A DNA stretch of 64,000 nt, taken from contig DASYLT010000203.1 of NCBI GenBank assembly GCA_036009425.1, positions 2,144 through 66,143 of the forward strand. The letters are read 5' to 3'. Numbering within the stretch: position 1 is the stretch's first letter; each line of letters starts with the position of its first letter. The notes below the pieces were generated by a model. The model was not told where the DNA came from, did no database searches, and saw nothing but the letters and a program-made list of their open reading frames with translations. This document shows positions 8,356 through 18,032 of the stretch, piece after piece. Source of the DNA: Baekduia sp. (GTDB taxonomy: Bacteria; Actinomycetota; Thermoleophilia; Solirubrobacterales; Solirubrobacteraceae). Position numbers and translations under genes: made by a program.

Positions 8356-9321
8356 CTGACCGCGACGCGCGCGCAGCTGCCTGGTGCAGCAAAGCGCGCG
8401 TTCGCGGCGTTTCGCCGCCATGAGATGACCGACACCGCGGCGGCGCTGACGTACTACGCGATGATGTCGCTGTTTCCGGGAATCGTCCTGGCGACGTCGC
8501 TCTTCTCGCTCATCGGCGATCAGCAGACTGTGTCGAAGGCCGTCGACTACGTCGCACGCCACGGCGCCGACGAAGCGACGCAGACCGCGGTGCGCGCGGT
8601 CGTCGACAAGATCGTCAATGCCTCGGGCGGGGCCGTGTCGGTGGCGTTGGTGGTCTCCCTGGTCATCGCGCTGAACGGCGCCTCGGGCGCGTTCGGCGCC
8701 GCGGGCCGCGCGCTGAACCGTGTGTACGGCGTCGACGAGGACCGCGGCTTCGTGGGCCGCAAGCTCACCGACCTCGGGATGACGCTGGTCATCGTCGTGC
8801 TGTTGCTGATCGTGATCGGCGCGCTGTTCGTCGGTGGCGGGATCGCCCAGGACCTGCTCGGCACGATCGGGTTGGGCAGCACCGCGTCGACGGTGTGGGC
8901 GATCGTCCGCTGGCCGCTGGCCCTGGGAGCCGCGCTGCTCGCCTACGGGCTCATCTACGCCTACGCGCCCGACCGCGAGCCGCGCCGGCTGCGCTGGATC
9001 TCCCCCGGCGCGATCGCGGGCGTCGCGATCTGGATCATCGCCTCGATCGGGTTCGGGATCTACATCCAGCACTTCAGCACCTACGGCGCGGCCTACGGTG
9101 CGGCAGGCGCCGTGATCGTGTTGTTGTTGTGGTTGTGGATCTCGTCCTGCGCCTTCCTGCTCGGCGCCGAGCTCAACGCGGAGCTCGAGCGCGCCCAGAC
9201 CGCCGGCCGCGGCGGACCGCCGTCGATGACGCCGCCGCCGGGATCGGCGGGGGCGGGTGCGCCGGCGGGGGCGGCCACCGGGCCGGTCGCGGCGCGGAGA
9301 ACGAGCGGCGGGGACGCGTGA
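8356..9321 (+). CDS. YihY/BrkB family membrane protein (start uncertain, alternative ATG 8425)
   Basis: AAALTYYAMMSLFP, ALNRVYGV, YGAAYGAAGAVIVLLLWLW..GAELN. Confidence 0.9.
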   Translation: MTATRAQLPGAAKRAFAAFRRHEMTDTAAALTYYAMMSLFPGIVLATSLFSLIGDQQTVSKAVDYVARHGADEATQTAVRAVVDKIVNASGGAVSVALVVSLVIALNGASGAFGAAGRALNRVYGVDEDRGFVGRKLTDLGMTLVIVVLLLIVIGALFVGGGIAQDLLGTIGLGSTASTVWAIVRWPLALGAALLAYGLIYAYAPDREPRRLRWISPGAIAGVAIWIIASIGFGIYIQHFSTYGAAYGAAGAVIVLLLWLWISSCAFLLGAELNAELERAQTAGRGGPPSMTPPPGSAGAGAPAGAATGPVAARRTSGGDA

Positions 9322-9361
9322 GGGGCCCGGGCGCCGGGCTGGGTCCGCCGTCGCCGTCTCC

Positions 9362-12300
9362 TTACGCCACTGGGGTCGGCTCCTCGCGCAGCGTCAGCTC
9401 CTCGCCGTGCCAGCAGAGCGCCCGGCGTCCCGGGCAGGTCGCGCAGAGGGAACGGTGTGGCCGGTCGGTCGGAGTGAACTCGCCGGCCGCGATGCCGGCG
9501 ATGAGCGCGTCCAGCTCGGCGCGGAGGCGCGGCACGTCGTTGCGGTCGTAGACGACGGTCGCCGGCTCCCGCGGGCGGGCCAGGAAGAGATGCGACACCT
9601 CGACGTCGGGGGCTCCCGCGCCGAGGGCCGCCAGCGCGTAGATCCTGCGCTGCGCGCCGTAGTCGGCCTCGACGTGGGCCTCGAGATCGGCGCCAGGACC
9701 GACGACGTCGGACTTGTAGTCGACGATCAGCGCGCCGCCGTGCTCCTCGAAGGCAAGCACGTCGATGAAGCCGTTGAGCAGCGGCGCGGCGTCGTCGCCC
9801 AGCCCGACGACGAACCCGTGCTCGCGCCGCACGTCGGGAGCCGCGGCGAGGCGCGCGGCCAGCGCGCTCTCGGCGAACGCCGCGACGAGGGTCTGAAGGT
9901 CGGCGACGTCGGCGTCGGTCACCTCGACGCCACCGCGCACCGCAGCCGTCGCGCGGACGTCCTCGGCGCTCGGCGCCGCCGGTGCGGCGAAGTCGAGCTC
10001 CTCGAGCAGCGCGTGCGCCAGCGAGCCGCGCATCAGCGCGTCGAGGCCGTCGGGCACCGGACCCGGCGGCCGCGCCGCCGCGGCTGCCGCGCCTGCGTCG
10101 TCGGGCGGGAGCCGCAGCACGCGCTCGAGGTACCAGCGGTAGGCACAGCGGTCATAGGCGGCGAGCGAGGTGTAGCTGAGCGTGGCCGGCAGTGGGCGCG
10201 GGGGCGACAGCGCGGGCGCCGTGTCGCCGGTCCCGCCCAGGGGCCGTGGCGCCGGCGTCGTCGGACCCGCCGCCGGAGCAGCCGGCGCCGGCCCTGTCGG
10301 CAACGGCACCTCCCGCGCCGCCTCGTCCACCACCGCGAACAGATCCAGGCTCAGCTGGCCGCCCTCCGGCACCGGCGCAGGCCGCTCGGCGACGCCGGGG
10401 CCCGGCGCCTCGGCCGCGACGGGCGCCGGCCCTCCGGCCGCCGCGGGCGGCGGCTCGCGATGGACCGTGACGCTCACGCGCGGCCGACCCGCGGCCGGGT
10501 CCGGGTCGGCCGGCTGCGCGGTGCCGTCGACGACGTCCTCCGCCAGCAGCCCCGTGAGGCCCGCCGCCAGCCGCGGCGCCAGCCAGCGCAGTGGCGCCAC
10601 CGCGGGCTGCGGCGCGCCGAGCCACTTGTCGGGCTCGAACGTGCCGCTGACGATCAGCCGCTCCTCGGCCCGCGTCATCGCGACGTGCAGGATGCGGCGC
10701 TCCTCCTCGGCGTCGGCCGCCTGCTGCTCGTCTCGCAGCGCCTCCCAGTCCAGGGTCTTGGCCGACGCGCCGTCGACGGTCCGCAACCGCAGGCCGATCC
10801 GGTCGCCGCGCACGAGGAGGTCGTCGGTGTCGTTGCGGCCGGTGCGACCCAGGTCGGCGATCACGACGACGCCGAACTCCAGCCCCTTGGCCGCGTGCAT
10901 GGTCATGAGCCGCACCGCGGTCGCGTCGCCGAGCTCGACCGGCGCGTCGGTCTCGCGAGCCTCGGCCTCCAGCTCGGCGGTGGCGAGGTCGATCAGCCCC
11001 CGCACATCGCGGCCGCGCCGCGCCTCGAACCCGGAGGCCAGGCGCTGCAGCTTGAGCACGTTGGCCCACCGGCGCCGGCCGCCCGGCAGCCCGAGGACAT
11101 GCAGGTCATAGCCGGTCCGGTCCACGACGCGCTCCAGCAGCTCGTCCAGCCCGAGGCGCGGCGCGCGTGACCGCTCCGCCGCGAACCACGGGCAGAAGTT
11201 GGCCAGCGCGTCGCGGTCGCCGTCGGGCAGCAGCCCGGCGAGCGCCGGGGGCTCGTCGTCGGCCTCGGCGTCCGCCTGGTCCCCCACAGAGCCGCAGAAC
11301 GCGCCGGTCAGCGCGTCCCACCGCGTGCCGTGGCGGGCGGTCCGCGCCAGGATCGCCAGCCCGTCGGCACTCAGCCCGACCAGCGGCGACGCGAGCAGCC
11401 CGAAGAGCGCGAGCTCGTCGCGGGGGTTGGCCAGCGTGCCGAGGTAGGCGCAGAGGTCGAGCACCTGCTGGCGTCCCCAGTAGCCACGACCGCCGGCGGC
11501 CAGCGTCGAGAGCCCCTCCTCCTCCAGCGCCCGCTCGAAGACCGCCATGTCGGTCGCCGCTCGCAGCAGCACCACGACGTCGGCCGCCGAGACGCCCTCG
11601 TCGCGGATCAGGCGCGCCACGCGCGCCGCCACCACCCGCCCCTCGGCCCGGCGCTTGGCGTTGGTCGACGGCAGCGACGACAGCGTCTCGGCCGGCCAGG
11701 CCTCGACCGCGTCGGCGTCGGTCAGCAGCAGCTCCACGAGCGGCCCGTCGAGCTGCCCCTCGTCGCCGCGGCCGGCCTCGAACGGGACGTGGGCGCTGCC
11801 GTGCAGCTCCCCCATGGCGTCGTCCAGCACGCCCAGGATGTCGGGCCGCGACCGGAAGTTCGCCGCCAGCTCTGCCGCGGCCCCATGCTGCGCCAGCGCC
11901 GCCCGCTGGGCCCGGAAGATCCGCACGTCGGCGTGCCGGAAGCCGTAGATCGACTGCAGCTCGTCGCCGACGACGAAGCGGTCGCCGCCCAGCAGCTCCA
12001 GCAGGTCCAGCTGCGTCGCGTTGGTGTCCTGGAACTCGTCGACCATCACGCGCTCGAAGCGCGTCGCATAGGCGGCGCGGACGGCCGGCGTCGAGCCCAG
12101 CAGGTCGCGCGCCAGAAGCTCGAGGTCGTCGAAGTCCAGGGTCGCCCGTTCGCGCTTGGCCTCCGCATAGGCGTCGGCGTACCGGCCGAGCAGCTCGTCG
12201 AGCAGGACGACCGCCGCCGCGGCCAGCGCGTCCTGCCACCCCGACGCGTAGGCCTCCAGCGCCTCGAGGTACGCCGCGCACCCGTCGCCCTTCAAGGCCT

Positions 12301-13111
12301 TCGTGTTGCCCGGCTTGAACGCGGCGCCGGCCAGCGCGCCCAGCTCGGGTGCCTCACCGCCCGCCGCGGCAGCCAGCAGCTCGCGGCAGCGCCCTACCGC
12401 GGCGCGTGCGCCGGCCACCGAGCGCCGTGTGTCCTCCACCGCCAGCTCGGCGTCCACCGCCGCCAGCGCCCCCGACAGCGCCGAGGCGTCGGGGGGCGCG
12501 ACGCTCACCTGCGGCAGCGCCGGGCGCGTCATCCCGGAGCTGCGCAGCTGGTCGTGCGCGGCCACGATCCGCAGCTGCAGCGCGTCGACGCCGTAGGCGG
12601 CAACGAGGTCCAGCGCCTCCGGCCGGTCGCGGCCCAGGAAGTCGGCCAGCGCGCGCTCGAAGGCGACGCCGCGCACATCGCGCGCCTCGGCCTCCTCGAG
12701 GATCTCGAACGCCGGGTCCAGCCCCGCGCGTACGGCATGAGCGCGCAGGATCCGTGCGCAGAGGCCGTGGAAGGTCGAGATCCAGGCGGCGTCGAGGTCG
12801 CGGGCGCGGTCGCGCCGGCCCAGCTCCACGAACCGCCCGCGCACGCGGGTGCGCAGCTCCCCCGCCGCCTTGTCGGTGAACGTGATCGCCAGGATCCGCC
12901 CCGGCTCGACGTCGTCCTCCAGCACGGAGCGCACGAACCGCTCGCTCAACACGGAGGTCTTGCCCGAGCCCGCGTTGGCCGACAGCAGGAGCGACCCCTC
13001 GCGCCGGCGGATCGCCTCGGCCTGCTCATCGGTGAACGGCATCCCGCCGCGGCCGACCATCCGGCCGGCGTCGTCGTAGAGAGCGCCCGGCGCCTGGACC
13101 GAGCCGCTCAT
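9362..13111 (-). CDS. addA: AddA-like UvrD helicase with C-terminal PD-(D/E)XK nuclease
   Basis: ANAGSGKT, VDEFQDTN, VGDELQSIYGFR, MTMHAAKGLEF, EERRILHVAMTRA, IVDYKS. Confidence 0.9.
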   Translation of the reverse strand: MSGSVQAPGALYDDAGRMVGRGGMPFTDEQAEAIRRREGSLLLSANAGSGKTSVLSERFVRSVLEDDVEPGRILAITFTDKAAGELRTRVRGRFVELGRRDRARDLDAAWISTFHGLCARILRAHAVRAGLDPAFEILEEAEARDVRGVAFERALADFLGRDRPEALDLVAAYGVDALQLRIVAAHDQLRSSGMTRPALPQVSVAPPDASALSGALAAVDAELAVEDTRRSVAGARAAVGRCRELLAAAAGGEAPELGALAGAAFKPGNTKALKGDGCAAYLEALEAYASGWQDALAAAAVVLLDELLGRYADAYAEAKRERATLDFDDLELLARDLLGSTPAVRAAYATRFERVMVDEFQDTNATQLDLLELLGGDRFVVGDELQSIYGFRHADVRIFRAQRAALAQHGAAAELAANFRSRPDILGVLDDAMGELHGSAHVPFEAGRGDEGQLDGPLVELLLTDADAVEAWPAETLSSLPSTNAKRRAEGRVVAARVARLIRDEGVSAADVVVLLRAATDMAVFERALEEEGLSTLAAGGRGYWGRQQVLDLCAYLGTLANPRDELALFGLLASPLVGLSADGLAILARTARHGTRWDALTGAFCGSVGDQADAEADDEPPALAGLLPDGDRDALANFCPWFAAERSRAPRLGLDELLERVVDRTGYDLHVLGLPGGRRRWANVLKLQRLASGFEARRGRDVRGLIDLATAELEAEARETDAPVELGDATAVRLMTMHAAKGLEFGVVVIADLGRTGRNDTDDLLVRGDRIGLRLRTVDGASAKTLDWEALRDEQQAADAEEERRILHVAMTRAEERLIVSGTFEPDKWLGAPQPAVAPLRWLAPRLAAGLTGLLAEDVVDGTAQPADPDPAAGRPRVSVTVHREPPPAAAGGPAPVAAEAPGPGVAERPAPVPEGGQLSLDLFAVVDEAAREVPLPTGPAPAAPAAGPTTPAPRPLGGTGDTAPALSPPRPLPATLSYTSLAAYDRCAYRWYLERVLRLPPDDAGAAAAAARPPGPVPDGLDALMRGSLAHALLEELDFAAPAAPSAEDVRATAAVRGGVEVTDADVADLQTLVAAFAESALAARLAAAPDVRREHGFVVGLGDDAAPLLNGFIDVLAFEEHGGALIVDYKSDVVGPGADLEAHVEADYGAQRRIYALAALGAGAPDVEVSHLFLARPREPATVVYDRNDVPRLRAELDALIAGIAAGEFTPTDRPHRSLCATCPGRRALCWHGEELTLREEPTPVA

Positions 13112-16023
13112 GCGCTCACGCACCGGCAGATCGTGGGATGCGCGCAGCCGCCACCGTAGGCGCAGCGATCCGGCGACGGCTCCAGCAGGCCGGCGCGGAT
13201 CTGGGCGACCGCATCGCCGGCCGCCGTGGCGCACTGCTCCAGCAGGATCTCGAGCTCGTCCTCGCTCACCCGGTCGGTCTTGACCGTGTCGAGCCCCGGA
13301 TCGGCCTCGGCCAGCACGGCGCCGCGCGGGCGGGCGTCGGTCCCCCCGAGCGGCTGGTAGAGCCCGCCCACCGGCTCGAGGCCGAGGACGTGGCGCACGG
13401 TCAGCAGGTACAGCGCGATCTGGAGCTTGCCCTCCTCGAGCCAGCGGGCCTGCGCGGTCGCCGTCTTGCCCTTGTAGTCGTAGACGATGGCCTCGCGGCC
13501 GGCGACGTCGGTGTCGATCCGGTCGATCCGGCCCGCGAGCCGCAGGTTGCCGCCGTCGAGCTCGAGCGCCGGGTACGGGTCCTCGGCCATCCCGAACTTC
13601 ACCTCGAAGCGCGACGGCCGGAACGCGCTGCCGGCATGCGCGGCGTATTCGAGGTAGCGCACGAGGTCGACCTCCAGCCGCCGCAGCGCGCTGCGCAGCC
13701 GCTCCGGGTTCGGCGAGATCCGGAAGTCCTCGGCGTGCTCGTCCAGCGCGGCGCGGACGGCCGCCCGTGCCTCGGGCAGGTGCGCGGGGGACAGGCCGCC
13801 GACGCCGACCAGCGACGACAGGGCGTGCTCGAGCACCCGGTGGGCCAGCCCGCCGCGGATCATCGGCTCGGGGTCCGGGACGAGCGCCTCCGGCCGCAGG
13901 TGACGCTCGACGAACCACTTCACCGGACACGACGCCCAGACCTCCAGCTGCGAGGCCGACCACGTGTGGCGCTCGCGCAACGGGCCCAGCGACGCCGGCG
14001 CGGTGAGGTGGCCGATGCGCGGCGGCTCGGCCGGCGGGGCGGCCGCAGCGGCGAACCGGGCGGCCTCGCGCTCGGTGGGCGCGGCGGCCGCGGGCCAGCC
14101 GGCGGCGCCCAGCTCCCGCCGGCGCGGGTGCTCGGCCCAGCCCTCGGTCAGCAGGTCGGCGACGTCGTCGACCAGCAGCGAGCGCACCGTCGGCGCGCCG
14201 TCGTCGTCCGCGGCGTGCCAGCTGAGCACCAGGCGCTCGGTCGGGCGCGAGACCGCCGCGTAGAAGAACAGGCGCTCGACGTTCAGCGCATCTTCGTGCA
14301 GCGCCAGGCGCAGGCCCGACGCGGCGTTGATCTCCCGCCGCTCGTCGTCCCCCAGGAACGGCTCGGGCCTGGTCGGCGCGGGGAACACGCCCTCCTGCAG
14401 GCCGATGCAGAACAGGGCGCGCACGCGCCGGGCACGCAGGCTCTGGGGCTGGGTAACGGTCACCCGCCCGGGTCCCGCGTCGGCGCCGACGAAGACATCC
14501 AGGCCCTCTAGCGTCGCGGCCAGCGCGGCGGGGTCAGGCTGCAGGTCGGGCGGCAGGGCGGAGAGGTCCCGCAACGCGCGGCGCACCTGCGCGGCGACGC
14601 GGGCGTCGAGCTCGCCCGCCTCGTCGAACACCGGCGCCGCGCGCCGCCACGGCGCGGCCAGCAGCGTCGCGGTCTCGGCCTCGACCCGTTCGCCCAGCGC
14701 CTTGACGCCGCCGCGGGCGAACGCCTGCGCGAGATGATCGAGCGCCTCCAGCTCCCAGTGCTCGCGCTCCCACAGCGCGCGCGCCTCGCGGGCCGTGCGG
14801 GCGCCCTCCTGCCGCGCGCGGGACTCCAGCCGGTCGGCGAGCGCAGGGACGCGCAGGACGCCGGGGGTGCGCAGCCAGGTCAGGAGGTCGTCGGCGCCGG
14901 CGTCCAGCAGCGCGCAGCGCAGCATCGCCACGACCCCGCGGCCGAGCGCGGTGTGGCCGACGGCGATGCGGCGGCGCACCGCGGACGGCACGTCGTAGGC
15001 GCGGAACACCTGATCGACGAGCGGCGCGACCGCGTCGAGGCCTCGATGGACGACGGCGATCTCCTCGGGCGCCAGGCCCTCCTGGCGGATCAGGCGCGCG
15101 ACCTCGGCGGCGACCAGCTCGATTTCGGCCCGCTCCCCCCCGCCCTCCAGCGCGACGACGGCGCCGGCCGGGTCGACGCGCTCGGGATCGAGCTCGTAGA
15201 GCGCGCGCTCGACGTGGTGCAGCACCGTCCGGGAGGCGGGCGCGTAGTAGTCGGCGACCGCCGGCTGGACCTCCTCGGTGGCGCCGAGCGCCAGCAGGTC
15301 CTGGTGCAGCGTCGCCCGCGCGGCGAACGCGATGCGCCCGGGCTCGAAGGTGAGCGATAGCAGGACTTCAGCGCCGACCGCGTTGGCGAGCGTGTCGACG
15401 ACGTCGCGCTGCAGCGGCGAGAGGTCGTCGAAACCGTAGAGCAGGACGGGCGTGGCGCCCCAGCGCTCGGGAGCCAGGCGCAGCGCGTCGAGCGCGGCGG
15501 TGGCGTGCTGCGGGCGGTCGCGGCGGCCCGTCCGCTCGATCGTGCGGCGATAGGCGAGCACGAGGGCGCCGAGCTCCTCGGCGTAGGCGCTGCGGCCGGC
15601 GTCGTCGCCCGCCCAGTCCCGGATCGCGCGGACGAACCGCGGCGGCTCCACCCGGGCCTCGCCCAGCTCCTCGGCGAACCGCACCAGCGCGGGCGCGAAG
15701 CCGGGTGTGGCGGCCGCGGTGGCGAGGCGCTGCAGCGGCGTGGCGGCGATGGCGGCGGCGGCGACACGCTCGCGCTGCAGCGTCGACAGGGCGCCGCCGC
15801 CCACGCCGGCGCGCACGGCCAGTTCGCGCAGCAGGCCGCTGAACTGCTCGACGCGGACGCCGAGCACGGCGCCTTCGGCGGCCAGCTCGCGCCGGTAGAT
15901 CTCGACATCGCCGAACGTCGGCACGACCAGCAGCGGGGACGCCGCCGCGCGGGCTCGAGCCGCATCCAGGATGGTGCGGGCCTTGGCCGCGTTGGCGGGT
16001 CCGGTGACGAGGTGCAGGGGCAT
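13108..16023 (-). CDS. addB: AddB-like inactive helicase with PD-(D/E)XK nuclease
   Basis: Degenerate Walker A GPANAAKA, ERLFFYAAVSRP, GRIDRID, YDYKG, LQIALY, Cys staple; ATGA overlap with addA. Confidence 0.88.
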   Translation of the reverse strand: MPLHLVTGPANAAKARTILDAARARAAASPLLVVPTFGDVEIYRRELAAEGAVLGVRVEQFSGLLRELAVRAGVGGGALSTLQRERVAAAAIAATPLQRLATAAATPGFAPALVRFAEELGEARVEPPRFVRAIRDWAGDDAGRSAYAEELGALVLAYRRTIERTGRRDRPQHATAALDALRLAPERWGATPVLLYGFDDLSPLQRDVVDTLANAVGAEVLLSLTFEPGRIAFAARATLHQDLLALGATEEVQPAVADYYAPASRTVLHHVERALYELDPERVDPAGAVVALEGGGERAEIELVAAEVARLIRQEGLAPEEIAVVHRGLDAVAPLVDQVFRAYDVPSAVRRRIAVGHTALGRGVVAMLRCALLDAGADDLLTWLRTPGVLRVPALADRLESRARQEGARTAREARALWEREHWELEALDHLAQAFARGGVKALGERVEAETATLLAAPWRRAAPVFDEAGELDARVAAQVRRALRDLSALPPDLQPDPAALAATLEGLDVFVGADAGPGRVTVTQPQSLRARRVRALFCIGLQEGVFPAPTRPEPFLGDDERREINAASGLRLALHEDALNVERLFFYAAVSRPTERLVLSWHAADDDGAPTVRSLLVDDVADLLTEGWAEHPRRRELGAAGWPAAAAPTEREAARFAAAAAPPAEPPRIGHLTAPASLGPLRERHTWSASQLEVWASCPVKWFVERHLRPEALVPDPEPMIRGGLAHRVLEHALSSLVGVGGLSPAHLPEARAAVRAALDEHAEDFRISPNPERLRSALRRLEVDLVRYLEYAAHAGSAFRPSRFEVKFGMAEDPYPALELDGGNLRLAGRIDRIDTDVAGREAIVYDYKGKTATAQARWLEEGKLQIALYLLTVRHVLGLEPVGGLYQPLGGTDARPRGAVLAEADPGLDTVKTDRVSEDELEILLEQCATAAGDAVAQIRAGLLEPSPDRCAYGGGCAHPTICRCVSA

Positions 16024-16121
16024 GCCGGGTCCGACAGGGTAGGAGCGCGACCCGACGACCTGCCGTCAGGTCCCCGGGCCGCGCCGCACGCTGCGCGGTT
16101 CGGTGTGGATCCGCGGCGCTG

Positions 16122-17096
16122 TCACACCGCGGAGCCGACCGGCGGGGCGGCGCCCGGGGCGCCGAGGCCGACGAGCAGGCGCTCGAAGTCGCGTGCCGTG
16201 AGGCTGCCGCCCGACGCGCGGTCGCGGCCGTGGCCGAACTCGCCTTCGGCGTCCGGGAGCGCTGCGCGCAGGATCGACGGCAGGCCTCTGCCACCGCGCG
16301 CGGCGAAGTCGACGCGATCGGCGAGGTAGGCGTCGTTGACGACGACGACGAGGCGGGTCGCCAGGCGCCGGGCCCACATCGTCGCGATCAGCGGGTGCAC
16401 GCGTGCGGTGCTGGAGAGCCGCAGCACGGCGACGGCGTCGTTCATCACCGGCGTCCGGTCGACCAACCGGTCGTACTCGGCCTTCCACGCGCGCTTCGCG
16501 GCCTCCAGCTCGGCGATCCGCGGGTCGGCGAGGGCGGCCTCGGGGCGGTCGTGCTCGACCAGCAGCGCCAGCGCGGTGCCGACGGGGCCGCCGGGCACGC
16601 GGCGCGCCGAGTCGACGAGGCCGGCGAGCCGGCGCACCGGACCCTGCGTGACGTCGCGCAGGCCGTCGAGCCCGAACGCGGCGGGACCGAGGTCGCCGAC
16701 CGCGCCGACGGCGGCCAGCCAGGCCGGCGCGTCGGGGATCACCCGGCGCATGAGCGCGGCGGTGGGGACCTCGGGCGACTCGCCGAACGATGAGACGACG
16801 ACCTGGTCGGCGCGGGGCGCGACCTCGGGGACGTGGTGGTCGACCATGACCGCGGGACGGTCCAGCTCGCGCACGCCCCAGCTCAACAGCGCCAGGGGGC
16901 CGTCGGGCAGCGGCGCGTCGGAAGCGAACGGGGTGACGCCGCGCTCCAGCAGCGTCGCGGCGTCCGCGCCTTCGCCGCGTGCGCGCAGCGCGATGGCGCC
17001 GGCGGCCAGGCCGTCGGCGTCGACGTTCGGCACGACCGCGGCGGCGTTGAGCAGCGCCTGGCGCGCGCGGACGAGGTGGACGTGAGCGTCGTTCAT
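16122..17096 (-). CDS. DHH-family (RecJ-like) phosphoesterase, partly degenerate
   Basis: DADG, VDHH and GAVGD motifs; DHHA1-like C-terminus. Confidence 0.75.
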   Translation of the reverse strand: MNDAHVHLVRARQALLNAAAVVPNVDADGLAAGAIALRARGEGADAATLLERGVTPFASDAPLPDGPLALLSWGVRELDRPAVMVDHHVPEVAPRADQVVVSSFGESPEVPTAALMRRVIPDAPAWLAAVGAVGDLGPAAFGLDGLRDVTQGPVRRLAGLVDSARRVPGGPVGTALALLVEHDRPEAALADPRIAELEAAKRAWKAEYDRLVDRTPVMNDAVAVLRLSSTARVHPLIATMWARRLATRLVVVVNDAYLADRVDFAARGGRGLPSILRAALPDAEGEFGHGRDRASGGSLTARDFERLLVGLGAPGAAPPVGSAV

Positions 17097-17155
17097 CGAG
17101 GAGCCGGGAGCAACGTCCCCGGACGTTCGCGTCGCGAAACCGCGGCGCGGGAGCG

Positions 17156-17965
17156 CTAGCGGTACTTCCAGCCCTTCAGCCGCCGCAGCAGCTCCTTCTT
17201 GAAGCCCTTGCTCACGCGGCCGGCGCGGCGCTGGCGGTCGACCTCCGTGGTGCCGACCGTGGCGCGACCCAGAAGGTACTGATCGGCCACGTAGGCGGCG
17301 AGGAGGCCGCGGATGTCGTCGCTGCGCCTCGCCCGCCGGATGTCGCGCAGCCGCCGCTTGGCGTCCGCGCGCACGAGGCTCGGGAACCGCCGCGTCACGT
17401 CCACGGTCGCGCCCTTGTCCACCTGGAGCACCTGCGGCGGGAACGCCGAGCCGGCGAACGCGGTGAAGACGCTGGAGAAGCGCGGGTCGTAGCCGACGAG
17501 CTCGGGGCGGCCGTCGCCGTCGGCGTCCTTGAGCGCGTAGCCGACGTCGCGGTAGGCGATGTCCTTGGGCGTGTAGCCCGAGCCGTTGAACGTCAGCAGG
17601 CGTGCCGTGACGCAGCAGTGCGCGCCGCCGGAGAACGTGTCGACGAGGACCTCGGGCTCGCCGTCGGCGTCGAGGTCGGCGACCTTCACCGCGGACGTCG
17701 CCGGATCGCCGCCGTCGTCGGGGACGACGATGCAGCCGGCCTCGCAGATGTCGGCGATGGTCAGGTCGTAGCGCACGCCGTCGCGGACGACGTACAGCCG
17801 GGGGTTGGCGATCCCGAAGTCGGCCTTGTCCCACTCGATCGTCGCGGTGACCGCGCCCGCCGAGTGCGTGACCGACCCGGCGTCGTTGGCCGCCGCGGGA
17901 GCCGCGCCCGCGATGCCCGCGGCGAGCGCCACGCCCGCCGGCAGCGCGACGCGCCGCAGCAGCAC
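17156..17965 (-). CDS. Secreted hypothetical protein with FG-GAP-like DxDxDG loops
   Basis: Signal peptide ending APAAA; DLDADGEPE and DADGDGRPE. Confidence 0.7.
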   Translation of the reverse strand: MLLRRVALPAGVALAAGIAGAAPAAANDAGSVTHSAGAVTATIEWDKADFGIANPRLYVVRDGVRYDLTIADICEAGCIVVPDDGGDPATSAVKVADLDADGEPEVLVDTFSGGAHCCVTARLLTFNGSGYTPKDIAYRDVGYALKDADGDGRPELVGYDPRFSSVFTAFAGSAFPPQVLQVDKGATVDVTRRFPSLVRADAKRRLRDIRRARRSDDIRGLLAAYVADQYLLGRATVGTTEVDRQRRAGRVSKGFKKELLRRLKGWKYR

Positions 17966-18032
17966 GCTGGGAGACTCCTGAAAACGTCGCTGCGGCCGTT
18001 GCGGCCGTGGACGCCTCATCTTCAGGAACCTC

